Below are positions 11,431 through 23,837 of a stretch of DNA of 64,000 nt, one piece after another (the first letter of the stretch is position 1; every line of letters starts with the position of its first letter). The notes under the pieces were generated by a model. That model was not told the DNA's origin. It saw only the letters and a list, made by a program, of their open reading frames with translations, and made no database searches. The stretch lies in NCBI RefSeq assembly GCF_006345805.1, contig NC_043007.1, forward strand, positions 20,956,001 through 21,020,000, written 5' to 3'. Position numbers and translations under genes: made by a program. This stretch comes from Octopus sinensis (Eukaryota).

Positions 11431-11945
11431 AATAAGAACCAATTGAGCAGTGGGGGTAGATATGATCAAATTACCCCCTGCCACAAAATTGCTGGCCTTG
11501 TGGCAAAATTTGAAACCAACATTACAAGTCAACAAATCACCTGTTTTTTCTTATGGAGAATGATACCATCCATGTTACCTGGATAATGTTAATTAACAAC
11601 GTTAATTAAATAAGAACCAATTGAGCAGTGGGGGTAGATGTGACCAACTTACCCCCTGCCACAAAATTGCTGGCCTTGTGGCAAAATTTAAAACCAACAT
11701 TACAAGCCAACAAATCACCTGTTTTCTTATGGGGAATATTACCATCCATGTTTCCTGGATAATGTTAATTATCAATGTTAATTAAATAAGAACCAGCTGA
11801 GCAGTGGGGGTAGATGTAATCGAATTACCCCCCTGCCACAAAATTGCTGGCTTTGTGGCAAAATTTGAAACCAACATGACAAGCCAACAAATCACCTGTT
11901 TTCTTATGGAGAATAATACCATCCATGTTACCTGGATAATGTTAA
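11431..11945. repeat. Tandem triplication of a ~177-bp unit
   Basis: AATAAGAACC recurs at 11431, 11609 and 11785; units closely similar throughout, made of a SINE-2 tail plus unique flank. Confidence 0.95.
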
Positions 11946-12051
11946 GTACATTCATCTTCTGGAAGTTAAGTGTATGATGGCTACAGACACAACACGACAC
12001 TGGAGACAAATCTAAATCACTGACATTTTCATAAGCTGCAAAATCCATCAT
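11932..12051 (-). CDS. Candidate first coding exon of an unidentified host gene (MMDFAAYENVSDLDLSPVSCCVCSHHTLNFQKMNVLNIIQ)
   Basis: Unique sequence, 40 open codons from ATG to CAG|GTAACA donor, ~215 bp downstream of an X-box. No homolog recognised. Confidence 0.25.
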
Positions 12052-12265
12052 GTCCTCGATTTCTTTGGCACCCACATTCTCCTTTAGTAAAACAAACCAC
12101 TGAAGATGGTATATTAGAAAATATTCAGTATTTTGACATTTCAGTATCTTTTTAAAAATTTCCTTTTACTCGGCTGCATGTGCGCTACCGTTGTGAAGCT
12201 TGAGTTTGGTTGTCTTAAAACATTTTGAATTGAAAGAACATGATGTAACATTCCCGACAACAATT

Positions 12266-12279
12266 ATCGCCATGGCAAC
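12266..12279. promoter_or_regulatory. RFX X-box-like motif in a locally CpG-rich patch
   Basis: ATCGCCATGGCAAC fits RTHNYY-WT-RRNRAC; about 8 CpG in 12170-12310. Confidence 0.5.
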
Positions 12280-12366
12280 CCTTTCCGCCGATTATTATAT
12301 ACTCGTAGTAGTGAGACTGTGCATTAGAAGAAAATGTTCTTCTTTCTCTTTCTTCCTCTCACCTCT

Positions 12367-12514
12367 ATGTGCGCGCATGCGCGTGTGTGTGTGAGTGTGT
12401 GTGTCTGTATGCAAGTATGCATGTATGTGTGTATGTATCTATGCATGTGTGTTTGTGTGTGTGTGTATATGTATGTATGTATATATATATATATTGTGTG
12501 TAGGTATATATATA

Positions 12515-12571
<57 letters not shown>

Positions 12572-12572
12572 G

Positions 12573-12604
<32 letters not shown>

Positions 12605-12628
12605 TATATATGTATATATGTATGTATG

Positions 12629-12661
<33 letters not shown>

Positions 12662-12670
12662 TATATATAA
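12367..12670. repeat. Compound (TG)/(TA) microsatellite
   Basis: Direct reading. Confidence 0.95.
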
Positions 12671-13140
12671 TCATCATCATCATCATCACCATCATCATCA
12701 TTGTTTAACGTCTGCTTTCCATGCTGGCATGGGTTGGACGGTTTGACTGACGACTGGCGAACCAGATGGCTGTGCCAAGCTCCAATCTGATCTGGCAGTG
12801 TTTCTACAACTGGATGCCCTTCCTGACGCCAACCACTCTGAGAGTGTAGTGGGTGCTTTTTATGTGCCACCGGCACGAGGGCCAGTCTGGCAATGACTAC
12901 GCTCTAAAGGTGTTTTTGCGTGCTATCTGCATGGGAGCCACTCTGGCAGCAGTGGCAACAACCACGCTCGAATGTTCTTTCTTACACGCCACTGGCACAT
13001 GTGCCACTAAGGCGACACTGGCAATAATCATACTCGAATGGTGCTTTTCGTGTGTCACTGGCACAGGAGCCAATCTGTGACCCTGGCAACAATCACGCTC
13101 GGATGTGCTTTTAATGTCCCACTGGCACAAGTGCCAATCA
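12671..13140 (-). mobile_element. 5'-truncated RTE copy (3' UTR with diverged internal repeats)
   Basis: (CAT)n tail on the left, RTE terminal block, repeated GTGCCAC..GGCAC units. Confidence 0.8.
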
Positions 13141-13174
13141 GACAGTACTGTCATTGCAATTTTGATTTTGATAT

Positions 13175-13280
13175 ATATATATATGTATGTATGCATGTAT
13201 GTATGTATGTATGTATGTATGTATGTATGTATGTATGTATGTATGTATGTATGTATGTATGTATGTATGTATGTATGCAT
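13175..13280. repeat. (TATG)n microsatellite
   Basis: Direct reading. Confidence 0.95.
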
Positions 13281-13354
13281 ACTACGCTCATAGTATACAG
13301 GTAATAACAGAATAAACAAGAGTTTATCAGGAATCAAAGCAATACTCTCTTTTT

Positions 13355-13714
13355 TTACTCTCTTTTTCTTGTTTCAGTCATTTGACTGCAGCCATGCTGG
13401 AGCACTGCCTTTAGTCGAGCAACTCAACCCCGGGACTTACCGCTAAGTGACGGGGACATAAACACACCAGCCTCGGTTGTCAAGCAATGCTAGCGGGACA
13501 AACACAGACATGCAAACATACACACACATATATATATATATTATACATATATACGACGGGCTTCTTTCAGTTTCCGTCTACCAAATCCACTCACAAGGCT
13601 TTGGTCAACCCGAGACCATAGTAGAAGACACTTGCCCAAGGTGCCATTCAGTGGGACTGAACCCGAACCATGTGGCTGGTAAGCAAGCTACTTACCACAC
13701 AGCCACTCCTGCGC
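13355..13714 (-). mobile_element. SINE family 1
   Basis: Family-1 sequence with a small internal deletion. Confidence 0.9.
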
Positions 13715-13808
13715 AATGTTAAAGTTGTGTATCAAAAAATAATTAACCAATTGTTGTCAATTTGTTTGTTGACCAAAAGTTTTCTCCATTTTCTGCTTAT
13801 TTTAAATT

Positions 13809-13846
<38 letters not shown>

Positions 13847-14587
13847 CCAAAGTGTACTGTATTATGTATCAATTACAGCTGATCTTAGCAATCAGTTCCA
13901 TGCCAGAGACTCAACAGAGTGTTAGGTAACAACCCAGTTATGCAACCCTGTGCTCATCAGAGGTTGCTGAGATGCAATGAAATACACACACACACATACA
14001 TTTATTTATTTATTTATTTATTATTTATTTATTATTTATTTATTTATGGGCTGCTTTTCTTGCTTTATTAAATTATTGGTTTTCTTTGGCACCAATTTTC
14101 TTTGGCATTGTGTTTATTTCAAACCAAATTCTTATTCTGTTTCCAATTTAATCATACACCTGCTTCACATGATGTATGATTGATTCACAATGCTGCTTGT
14201 GACGCTGTATGTAGTCTTAAAAACAAGCTTTTCCTTTCATGTAAATAATCAGTATACACAAGTGCACACGTCCATACACATATATGCAAACACACACTTG
14301 TGCATGCACACATACACACACACACACACACACAGACACACATTCAAAGTCAATCCCACACACTTAATTCTTGAAAAGATTAGACATTCAAATATCACAG
14401 TATGGTTAAGAAGTTTGCTTCGCAACCACATGGTTTCAGGTTCAGTCCCACAGCACAGCAGCTTGAACAAATCTCTTCTACAATAGTCCCAGACTGATCA
14501 AAGCATTGTGAGTGGATTTGGTAAATGGAAATTGTTGAAATTCATTCAGTTTTGTGTGTGTGTGTGTGTTTTATTCTTATTGTTAAC

Positions 14588-14761
14588 ATAGGCGCAGGAG
14601 TGGCTGTGTGGTAAGTAGCTTACTAACCAACCACATGGTTCTGGGTTCAGTCCCACTGCGTGGCGCCTTGGGCAAGTGTCTTCTGCTAAAGCCCCGGGCT
14701 GACCAATGCCTTGTGAGTGGATTTGGTAGACGGAAACTGAAAGAAGCTTGTTGTATATATG

Positions 14762-14792
<31 letters not shown>

Positions 14793-14995
14793 TTGTGTGT
14801 CTGTGTTTGTCCCCCTAGCATTGCTTGACAACCGATGCGGGTGTGTTTACGTCCCCGCAACTTAGCGGTTCAGCAAAAGAGACCGATAGAATAAGTACTG
14901 GGCTTACAAAGAATAAGTCTCGGGGTCGATTTGCTCGACTAAAAGGCGGTGCTCCAGCATGGCCGCAGTCAAATGACTGAAACACGTAAAAGAGA
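14588..14995 (+). mobile_element. SINE family 1, full length
   Basis: ATAGGCGCAGGAGTGGCTGTGTGG head to GAAACACGTAAAAGAG tail. Confidence 0.9.
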
Positions 14996-15469
14996 GAGAG
15001 AGATTACTTTTAGTTATTATATTATTATATTTCTTATTATCATTAACCACATTAAATTTCTTCTTATCTTTTACTTTTTTATTATATTTATTTTTTGTAT
15101 TATCATAATACCTATTATTAAAACCATAATTAACTGAACAAAACATATCATAATTCCTAATATTAGGTTTATTATCATAAATAACATAAGACTCAACAGT
15201 GTCAGGTAACAATCCGGTTATGTAACCCTGTGCTCATCAGAGGTTACTGACATGGAATGAAATGTGTGTGTGTCTGTGTCATTGTCTTGACATCATGTGA
15301 TTGTTGTAAATGAATCTCGTTCGTTTCTAATATTCTGTGAAAGCGCATCTGGTTGTAGTGAAATGTAACCTTGCTTGAAAATAGGTAAAAGGTTGGTATT
15401 CCAGCCATAGAAATGCATCTTCACTTAATGCCATCTGACCCATGCAGGCATGGGAAAATGGACATGAAA

Positions 15470-16010
15470 ATTATAACAATGATGGCGATGGTGGTGGTGG
15501 TGGTGTGTGTGGTTGTGGTGGTGATGGTGGTGGTGGTGTTAGTAGTGGTGGTGGTGGTGGTGGTGGTGTTAGTGGTGTTAGTGGTGGTGTTAATGGTGGT
15601 GGTTGTGTCAATGGTGGTGGTGGTGTCAATGGTGGTGGTGGTGTCAATGGTGGTTGTAGTGGTGGAGGGGAGGAGGAGGAGAATGAGGAAGTGGATGAGG
15701 AGAAAGAAGAGGGGAAGAGGAGAGGGAGGGGGTTGAGGAAGAAGAGGGGGAGGGGGGAGGAGGAAGAAGAAGAAGAAGACGACAAAGAAGAAGAAGAAGA
15801 AGAAGAAGAAGAAGAAGAAGAGGAGGATGGAATGATGATGATGAGGAGGAGGAGGAGGAGGGGAGGATGACAATGATGGCGCCGCCAACCACCGCCAACG
15901 ATGCCGTTAGTAACGAGGAGAAGGCCGATCAGGGCGATGATGCTGATGATGACAATGATGATGACGATGGCGATGACAACGACGATGACGATGACGATGA
16001 CGATGACGAT
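15470..16010. repeat. Compound triplet tract (GGT)n-(GAG/GAA)n-(GAT/GAC)n
   Basis: Direct reading. Confidence 0.9.
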
Positions 16011-16359
16011 ATCGTAATACAAACAACTGTTGATGCCTGCGTCTTTCAGTTTCGGTCTCCCCCAAAGATTACGGTGACAAGTTTCCTTTATAACGAAGAT
16101 TTGTTTCATTAAGCATAATTGATATATCTTCCTCTGGATTCTGAATTTATTACATCAGAAAATAATGCTTTCTTCTATTTGCCAAAGGATGAGTAGGTTT
16201 GCTGTCTGTGGGAGTGAATGGAAGGAAGCAAACATTCAATTTCGAAATAACCAGATTTCCTAATCTTTTCTCTGCTTCTTCTTCCACTCATCAATTCTTA
16301 TCTCCTCTCAAATGTTTATCTGTGTGTTTTGTGGTTTTCTGGTTTTGTGGTGTCGCTCA

Positions 16360-17625
16360 GTGTGTGTGTATGTGTGAAGGATTGTGTGTGTATGTGTGAA
16401 GGAGTGTGTGTGTATGTGTTTGTGTGTGTGAGTGTGCGTATGTATGTGTGTGAGTATGTATGTGTGTGTGTGTGTGAGGGAGTGTGTCTGTGTCTGTGTG
16501 AGTGAGTATGTACGTGGGTGAGTGTGTGTATGTGTAAAGGAGTGTGTGTAAATGTGTGTGTGCGTGAGTGTGCATATGTATGTGTGTGAGTGTGTGTATT
16601 TGTGAGAGAGTGTGTGTGTATGTGTGAGGGAGTGTGTGTATGTGTGAGGGAGTGTGTGTATGTGTGAGTTAGTATGTACGTGGGTGAGTGTGTGTATGTG
16701 TAAAGGAGTGTGTGTAAATGTGTGTGTGCATAAGTGTGCGTATGTATGTGTGTGAGTGTGTGTATTTGTGAGAGAGTGTGTGTGTATGTGTGAGGGAGTG
16801 TGTGTGTCTGCGTGAGTGAGTATGTATGTGGGTGAGTGTGTATGTATGTGTGAGGGAGTGTGTGTGTGTGTGTCTGTGTGAGTGAGTATGTATGTGGGTG
16901 AGTGTGTGTGTATGTGTGAGAGAGTGTGTGTGTGTGAGTGAGTATGTGTGTGGGTGAGTGTGTGTATGTGTGAGGGAGTGTGTGTATGTGTGAGGGAGTG
17001 TGTGTATGTGTGATTGTGTGTGAGTGTGAATGTGCATGTGTGTGTATATGTGTGTGTATAAGTGTGTATGTATGTGTGTGTGAATGTTTGTTTATGTGTG
17101 TGTGAGTGAGTGTGTGTGTCTGTATGTGTGTGTGTGCATGTGTGAATGTGCATGTGTGTGTATATGTGTGTGTATAAGTGTGTATGTATGTGTGTGAGTG
17201 ATTATGTATGTGTGTGAATGTGTGTGTATGTGTGTGTGTGCATGTGTGAATGTGCATGTGTGTGTATATATATGTGAGTGTGTATGTATGTGTGTGTGAA
17301 TGTGTACTTGTGCGTGTGAGTGCATGTATGTGTGAATGAGTATATATGTTTGTAAGTGTGTGTGTATACGTGAGTGAGTGTGCGTGTATGTGTGTGTCTG
17401 TATGTGTGTGTGAGTGTGTATGTGTGTCTGCATGTATGTGTCTATGAGTGTACGTGTGTGTATGTATGAGTATGTGTGTTTGTGTGTTTTTGTGTGTGAA
17501 TGTAGCTGTATTAGTGTATGTGAGTATTTGAGCGTGTGTGTGTGTGTATGGGCACACACACATGCATACAAGTGTGTGAGTGCCTAATTATACAATCACT
17601 CAGTCGTACACACGTATCTTATATG
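16360..17625. repeat. Long degenerate (TG)n tract with internal duplications
   Basis: Direct reading; blocks such as GTATGTACGTGGGTGAGTGTGTGTATGTGTAAAGGAG recur at 16507 and 16672. Confidence 0.95.
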
Positions 17626-17639
17626 CATGCATACACATT

Positions 17640-18060
17640 ATCAGCAGCAGCAATACAACCACCACCACCATCACCACCACCACCATTGCCACTACCACCA
17701 CCACCACCACCATCACTGCTACCACCACTACCACCACCACTATTACTACTACCACGACCACGACGGTGACGACCACCACCACCACTATCACCACCTGTTG
17801 CAATGCAATACACTTCTCCTTTTCATATCACCATTGTCACCATTACCACCACCACCACCAACAACAACAACACCACCATCATCATCATCATCATCATCAT
17901 CAAAACTTCCGCTGCTGCCACTACCGCCACCATTACCTCTGTCATCACTACCATCCCCATCACCACCACCACCACCACCACCACCACCACCACCACCATC
18001 ATCATTGTTATTGTCATTCTGATCGTTGTCGTCATTACCATCGTCACCACTGCCACCATC
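17640..18060. repeat. Compound triplet tract (CAC/ACT/CAT/AAC)n
   Basis: Direct reading. Confidence 0.9.
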
Positions 18061-18391
18061 TTATGTCTGCTTTCCTATGCATATTCATTTACACACACAC
18101 GCACACACACACACACACACTCACAGATACACACACATGCATGCACACGCACACACACACATGCACACATCAAACACTCACGGATACACACACAGAGATC
18201 TAACTCAATGCAGTATCATACCAATTTGGATGTCTATAGCTAAATTACTGTCTATGTTTTTTGGTCTTCCGTAAAGTTTATCTCTTAATTTCAAGAATTA
18301 AATCCAGAAACCAGATAACTTCTACTAATTTATCATTACATTATGGAGACATTTTTTTCGTTTTCTTTTCTCCAGTTTGAAAAAAAATATC

Positions 18392-18551
18392 TGGAGTGGC
18401 TGTGTGGTAAGTAGCTTGCTAACCAACCACATGGTTTCGGGTTCAGTCCCACTGCGTGGCACCTTGGGCAAGTGTCTTTTACTATAGCCTCGGGCCGACC
18501 AAAGCCTTGTGAGCGGATTTGGTAGACGGAAACTGAAAGAAGCCCGTCGTA

Positions 18552-18598
<47 letters not shown>

Positions 18599-18812
18599 TT
18601 GTGTGTCTGTGTTTGTCCCCCTAGCATCGCTTGACAACCGATGCTGGTGTGTTTATGTCCCCGTCACTTAGCGGTTCGGCAAAAAGAGACCAATAGAATG
18701 AGTACTGGGCTTACAAAGAATAAGTCCCGGGGTCGAGTTGCTCGACTAAAAGGCGGTGCTCCAGCATGGCCGCAGTCAAATGACTGAAACAAGTAAAAGA
18801 GTAAAAGAGAGT
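18392..18812 (+). mobile_element. SINE family 1
   Basis: Near-consensus copy. Confidence 0.9.
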
Positions 18813-19084
18813 AAATAACCGTGACGAACAAATGAATCAGTCTTATGAGGTATTAAGGAAGAAGTGTGCCAAACGATTAAAAAAAAACAGCCTAATTATG
18901 TAATTAACATAATAAAAAATTTTAATTGGCATGCTGTTACTGTTGTTGTTGTTGCTGTTGTTGTTGTAGTTGTTGTTGTTTATGAACTCCATTGGTTATG
19001 ACAATGTGGGTCCCATAATGAACTTATGGTATACAGTGCTCAGGTGCACTACAACTCATCAGAAATGGTACACAAAAGTGAATG

Positions 19085-19415
19085 CACAATACACAGAGTA
19101 AGGAGCACTCCATTGGTTATGATGATACGGGTCCCAGCTGATATGATCAATGGAACAGCTTGCTCATGAAATTAACATGCAAGTGGCTGAGCACTCCACA
19201 AACACATGTAGCACTAATGTAGTTCTCAGGGAGATTCAGTGTGACGAGGCTGGCCCTTTGAAATACAGGTACAACTCATCTTTGCCAGCTGAGTGGACTG
19301 GAGGAACATGAAATAAAGTGTCTTGCTCAAGGAGACAATGCATCACCAGAAATTGAACTTGTGACCTTATGATCATGAGCCGAATGCCCTAACCACTAAG
19401 CTATGCGCCTTCATG
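19085..19415 (-). mobile_element. tRNA-headed SINE (fourth family)
   Basis: Minus-strand head GGCGCATAGCTTAGTGGTTAGGGCATTCGG..., central TCCTTGAGCAAGACACTTTATTTC motif. Confidence 0.65.
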
Positions 19416-20384
19416 CACTGGGGTCGATGTAATCGACTTAATCCCTTTGTCTGTCCTTGTTTGTCCCCTCTATGTTTAGCCCCTTGTGGGCAATAAAGAA
19501 ATAAGAAACTGAAAGCATTATATACTGTCATGGATATAATGCAAGCTGTGTCCTTCCTTTTGAAACTCCTGAGACATGTCTGATCATGGGGAGATATTAC
19601 CTTATTTGGAAACAGAAAGGGCAGCTGTAAATAGTATCTGACATAATAAATCTGCCTGAACCAATTCTTTCCAACTCATGGGAAAATGGAAAAATGGACA
19701 TTAAAATAATGATGATAATAGAGTATGATATGAAATAGACGTAGCTGCTATTTCTAGTAGGTCAAGCATCCATATACAAGCTCCCTCATTGACTCATAAT
19801 TGCTGTACTTGGAAACATTGCAAGAGGTACATTGGTGTGCAATAAGTTTATGGTACAAGGAATGAAAAGATGTCAGGAATTACGAGACATCAATGTATTG
19901 GCCACCTGTGACATGAACTGCTGTGAGTCAAACAACCAATGATACACCTGTCACTGCAAAAAGTAACCTTCAGACAGAGACAGAATTGAATATAATAAAT
20001 ATTTTTTGAAAATATAAATGCTTTCTGGGGATGTGCTTGTCTGGTAACTGATCTGATCTGAGATTGTTTGCTGAAACTAAAACAATTACAGCTTGGACGA
20101 CACATACAGGTTTCAAATTTTGGCACAAGGCCAGCAGCTTCAGGGGTGGGGGAGTAGGTTACTCTTTTACTCGTTTCAGTCACACACACACACACACACT
20201 CACACACACACATACATATGTATATACATACACACACATATATGTATGTCTGTGAATGTGTCTTTGTGTCTATGCTTGTCCCCACCACCATAACCACCGC
20301 CACCACCTGACAACCAGTGTTGGTTTGTTTACATCCCTGTAATCTAGATGTTCAGCAGAAGACACCGATAGAATAAATACTAGA

Positions 20385-20605
20385 TTCTTTACTCTTTACT
20401 CTTTTATTTGTTTCAGTCATTTGACTGCGGCCATGCTGGAGCACTGCCTTTGGTCGAGTAAATCGATCCCAGGACTCATTCTTTGGTAGCCTAGTACTTA
20501 TTCTATCAGTCTCTTTTGCTGAACTGCTAATTTACGGGTACATAAACACACCAGTATCGGGAGTCAAGTGATATTGGGGGACAAACAGACACACAAACAT
20601 ATATA

Positions 20606-20651
<46 letters not shown>

Positions 20652-20823
20652 CATATATACGATGGGCTTCTTTCAGTTTCTGTCTACCAAATCCACTCAC
20701 AAGGCTTTGGTCAGCCCAAGGCTATAGTAGAAGACACTTGCCCAAGGTGCCACGCAGTCGAAATGAACCTGGAACCATCTGGTTGGTAAGCAAGCTACTT
20801 ACCACACACCCACTCCTGCGCCT
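20385..20823 (-). mobile_element. SINE family 1
   Basis: Family-1 sequence. Confidence 0.9.
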
Positions 20824-21357
20824 GATGATAATCTGAAAAACTAGCATTTTGTGCAATATTATTATATTAAAACGATGAATCAAGCACTTTACAGAATAAA
20901 ACAAAATTTCTACATAAAATATCAGAGAAAATAGACATTCAAATAATAAAAAAAAAGCTGTCTTGTATGAAAATTGAACTTGTAAAGGAATTTGTTTTGC
21001 TGGACAAGTTTCTAAGCTGAAGAAATGATACAAAATATGAATAGAAATTGCAAACGTTAAACTGAGGATGAAGAGAGAAATTTCTGATGAAATCAGGTTG
21101 TTTGAAGTTTAAAGGTTTCAAAGTTGTTTTAAGTTTGGAATTTTAGTCACCTGTAATTAATGTTTTAGGCAGAAATGGAAGAGCTAATTGAGTTTTCACT
21201 GAAGATCATGAAATTATTATTCAATCATAAAGTAGATCAGAGTCCCCCCACCACCACCATCATGCATACTCACACACACACACATACACACACACATACA
21301 CACACACACATACACGCACACACATACACACACACACACATACACACAGCTTGAAGA

Positions 21358-21918
21358 ATGCTTTTGAATATTTATACATGCTCGGCATGTATACTTTGTC
21401 TGGCACAATTCAAACTGAAGATCGTCATCATCGTCACCACCACTGCTGCGACCACCACTGCTGACACTACCACTGCTGACACTACCACTGCTGCTGCGGC
21501 CACCACTGATGTGACCACGACTGCTGCAACCACCACTGCTGCGACCACCACTGCTGACACTACCACTGCTGCTGCAACCACCACTGATGTGACCACGACT
21601 GCTGCCACCACCACTGCTGCCACCATGACTGCTGCCACCACCGCTGCTGCCACCACCACTGCTGCTACCACCACTGCTGCCACCACCACTGCTGCTACCA
21701 CCACTGCTGCAACCACCACTGATGTGACCACGACTGCTGCCACCACCACTGCTGCCATCACCACTGCTGCCACCACCATTGCTGAGACCACCACTGCTGC
21801 CACCACCACTGCTGACACCACCATTGCTGCCACCACCACTGCTGCAACCACCACTGCTGTCACCACCACTGCTGTCACCACCACTGCTGAGACCACCACT
21901 GCTACTACCCTCATTTGA
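21358..21918 (+). CDS. Thr/Ala-rich mucin-like ORF built from a 15-bp minisatellite (candidate)
   Basis: 186-aa ORF of (TTTAA)n units; variation in ACCACCACTGCTGCN units often falls at third codon positions in this frame. Confidence 0.35.
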   Translation: MLLNIYTCSACILCLAQFKLKIVIIVTTTAATTTADTTTADTTTAAAATTDVTTTAATTTAATTTADTTTAAATTTDVTTTAATTTAATMTAATTAAATTTAATTTAATTTAATTTAATTTDVTTTAATTTAAITTAATTIAETTTAATTTADTTIAATTTAATTTAVTTTAVTTTAETTTATTLI

Positions 21919-22284
21919 TGTTCGTTTCTCCCTGGTAGTATCGGTTGGATGGTTTGACAGGTGCTGAAAAAACCCAGAGGACAGTGCCAAGCCCCAGTGT
22001 CCGCTTTGGCCTGGTTTCTACAGCTGGATGCCCTTCCTTACACAAAGCATTTACAGACTGTTCTGGGTGGCTTTTATGTGATACTAGCACTAATGAGGTC
22101 ACCAAGTAACTCACAAGATAAGAGCCCTTCAATTAAGGTGGGGGGAGGTGGTTTTATACCAAGGAATGAGAGGTTAAAGAATCACAGAGGGACAGGGACA
22201 GGTGCCGTGCTGTAGAGGAGGTACATGGCTACCATAGTAGGAAATGCAAGAAGCTAGTGGTGGATGAAAATGAAGACAGCAGAG

Positions 22285-22442
22285 TAGGAGTGGCTGTGTG
22301 GTAAGTAGCTTGCTTACCAACCGCATGGTTCCGGGTTCAGTCCCACTGTGTGGCACCATGGACAAGTGTCTTCTACTATAGCCTAGGTCGACCAAAGCCT
22401 TGTGAGTCGATTTGGTAGACGGAAACTGAAAGAAGCCCATTG

Positions 22443-22492
<50 letters not shown>

Positions 22493-22722
22493 TGTGTGCA
22501 CGCGCGTGTGTGTGTATGTTTGTGTATCTGTGTTTGTTCCCCCAACATCGCTTGACAACTGATGCTGGTGCGTTTAAGTCCCTGTACCTTAACGATTCAG
22601 CAAAAGACACCGATAGAATAAGTACTAGGCTTACATAGAATAATAAGTCCTGGGGTTGATTTGCTTGACTAAAGGCGGTGCTCCAGCATGGCCACAGTCA
22701 AATGACTGAAACAAGTAAAAGA
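22285..22722 (+). mobile_element. SINE family 1
   Basis: Family-1 sequence. Confidence 0.9.
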
Positions 22723-22771
22723 GAAGAAGAGAGCAGACAACAATGCAGGAACTAAACATCAAATTGTTTGC

Positions 22772-23037
22772 TTAACTCTTTTGCAAATATAATTCCAGTG
22801 AAATACTCTGCTTACGTATTTCAATTAATTTTGAAAGTAATCAAGAATTTGGAAGAATTCAATAAAATAAATTACTTTTCAAATAAGATGGTGTTTGGAA
22901 CATAACTTAAAATGTTCTTAGATATAATTACTATGGAAAATTTTAATTTAAATGCGAACTGAAGCAGCTTAAAACAGGAAGTTTTGGATCATGGAACCGG
23001 GGGAGATCTTTGCTGGATTGGAATCAAAATGGTTGAA
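22772..23037. mobile_element. Diverged piggyBac-like MITE related to 7639-7861
   Basis: TTAACTCTTTTG start, GGAATCAAAATGGTTGAA end, shared internal TTTCAATTAATTTT...GAACATAAC. Confidence 0.5.
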
Positions 23038-23339
23038 TGTGAACGAAAAGACAAAAAAAAAGGGAAAATAATCGATCTTGTTCATTAGTTTTAAGTTGAT
23101 TCTAGGTAAATATTGTAAATTTGCAAAATGAGATTTGAGAAAAAAAAATTTAAGAAATGTCATTGACCTGGTTTATATTTTTTTGATTGAAGCTTAAGTT
23201 GCCAAGGTCCTTGAGAAAGACACGACTATTACAACACTCGGGGGGTTTTTTCTACTCTTGAAAATACGATTTGTGCTTGTGGTAGACATTGTTATTATAT
23301 TCATTGTTATTAACAACAACAACAACAACAAAACGACAA

Positions 23340-23485
23340 TGACATCATCATCATCACCATCACCACCACCATCATCATCATCGTCATCGTCATCATCATC
23401 GTCATCGTCATCATCATCGTCATCGTCATCGTCATCATCGTCATCATCGTCGTCATCGTCATCATCATCGTCATCGTCGTCGTCG

Positions 23486-23555
<70 letters not shown>

Positions 23556-23743
23556 ATCATTGTCATCATCATCATCATTGTCATCATCATCATCATCATT
23601 GTCATCGTCATCGTCATCGTCATTGTCATCGTCATCGTCATCATCATCATCATCATCGTCGTCGTCGTCGTCGTCGTCATTCGTCATCGTCATCATCATC
23701 GTCGTCATCGTCATCGTCATCATCATCATCATCATCATCATCG

Positions 23744-23787
<44 letters not shown>

Positions 23788-23837
23788 GTCATCATCATCA
23801 TCATCGTCATCATCATCATCATCGTCATCATCGTCAT
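23340..23837. repeat. (CAT/CGT)n triplet array
   Basis: Direct reading. Confidence 0.95.

Noticed and set aside
21217-21990. 257-aa Gly/Ser-rich minus-strand ORF
   Set aside because: Antisense reading of the 15-bp minisatellite; unit variation is non-synonymous in this frame.
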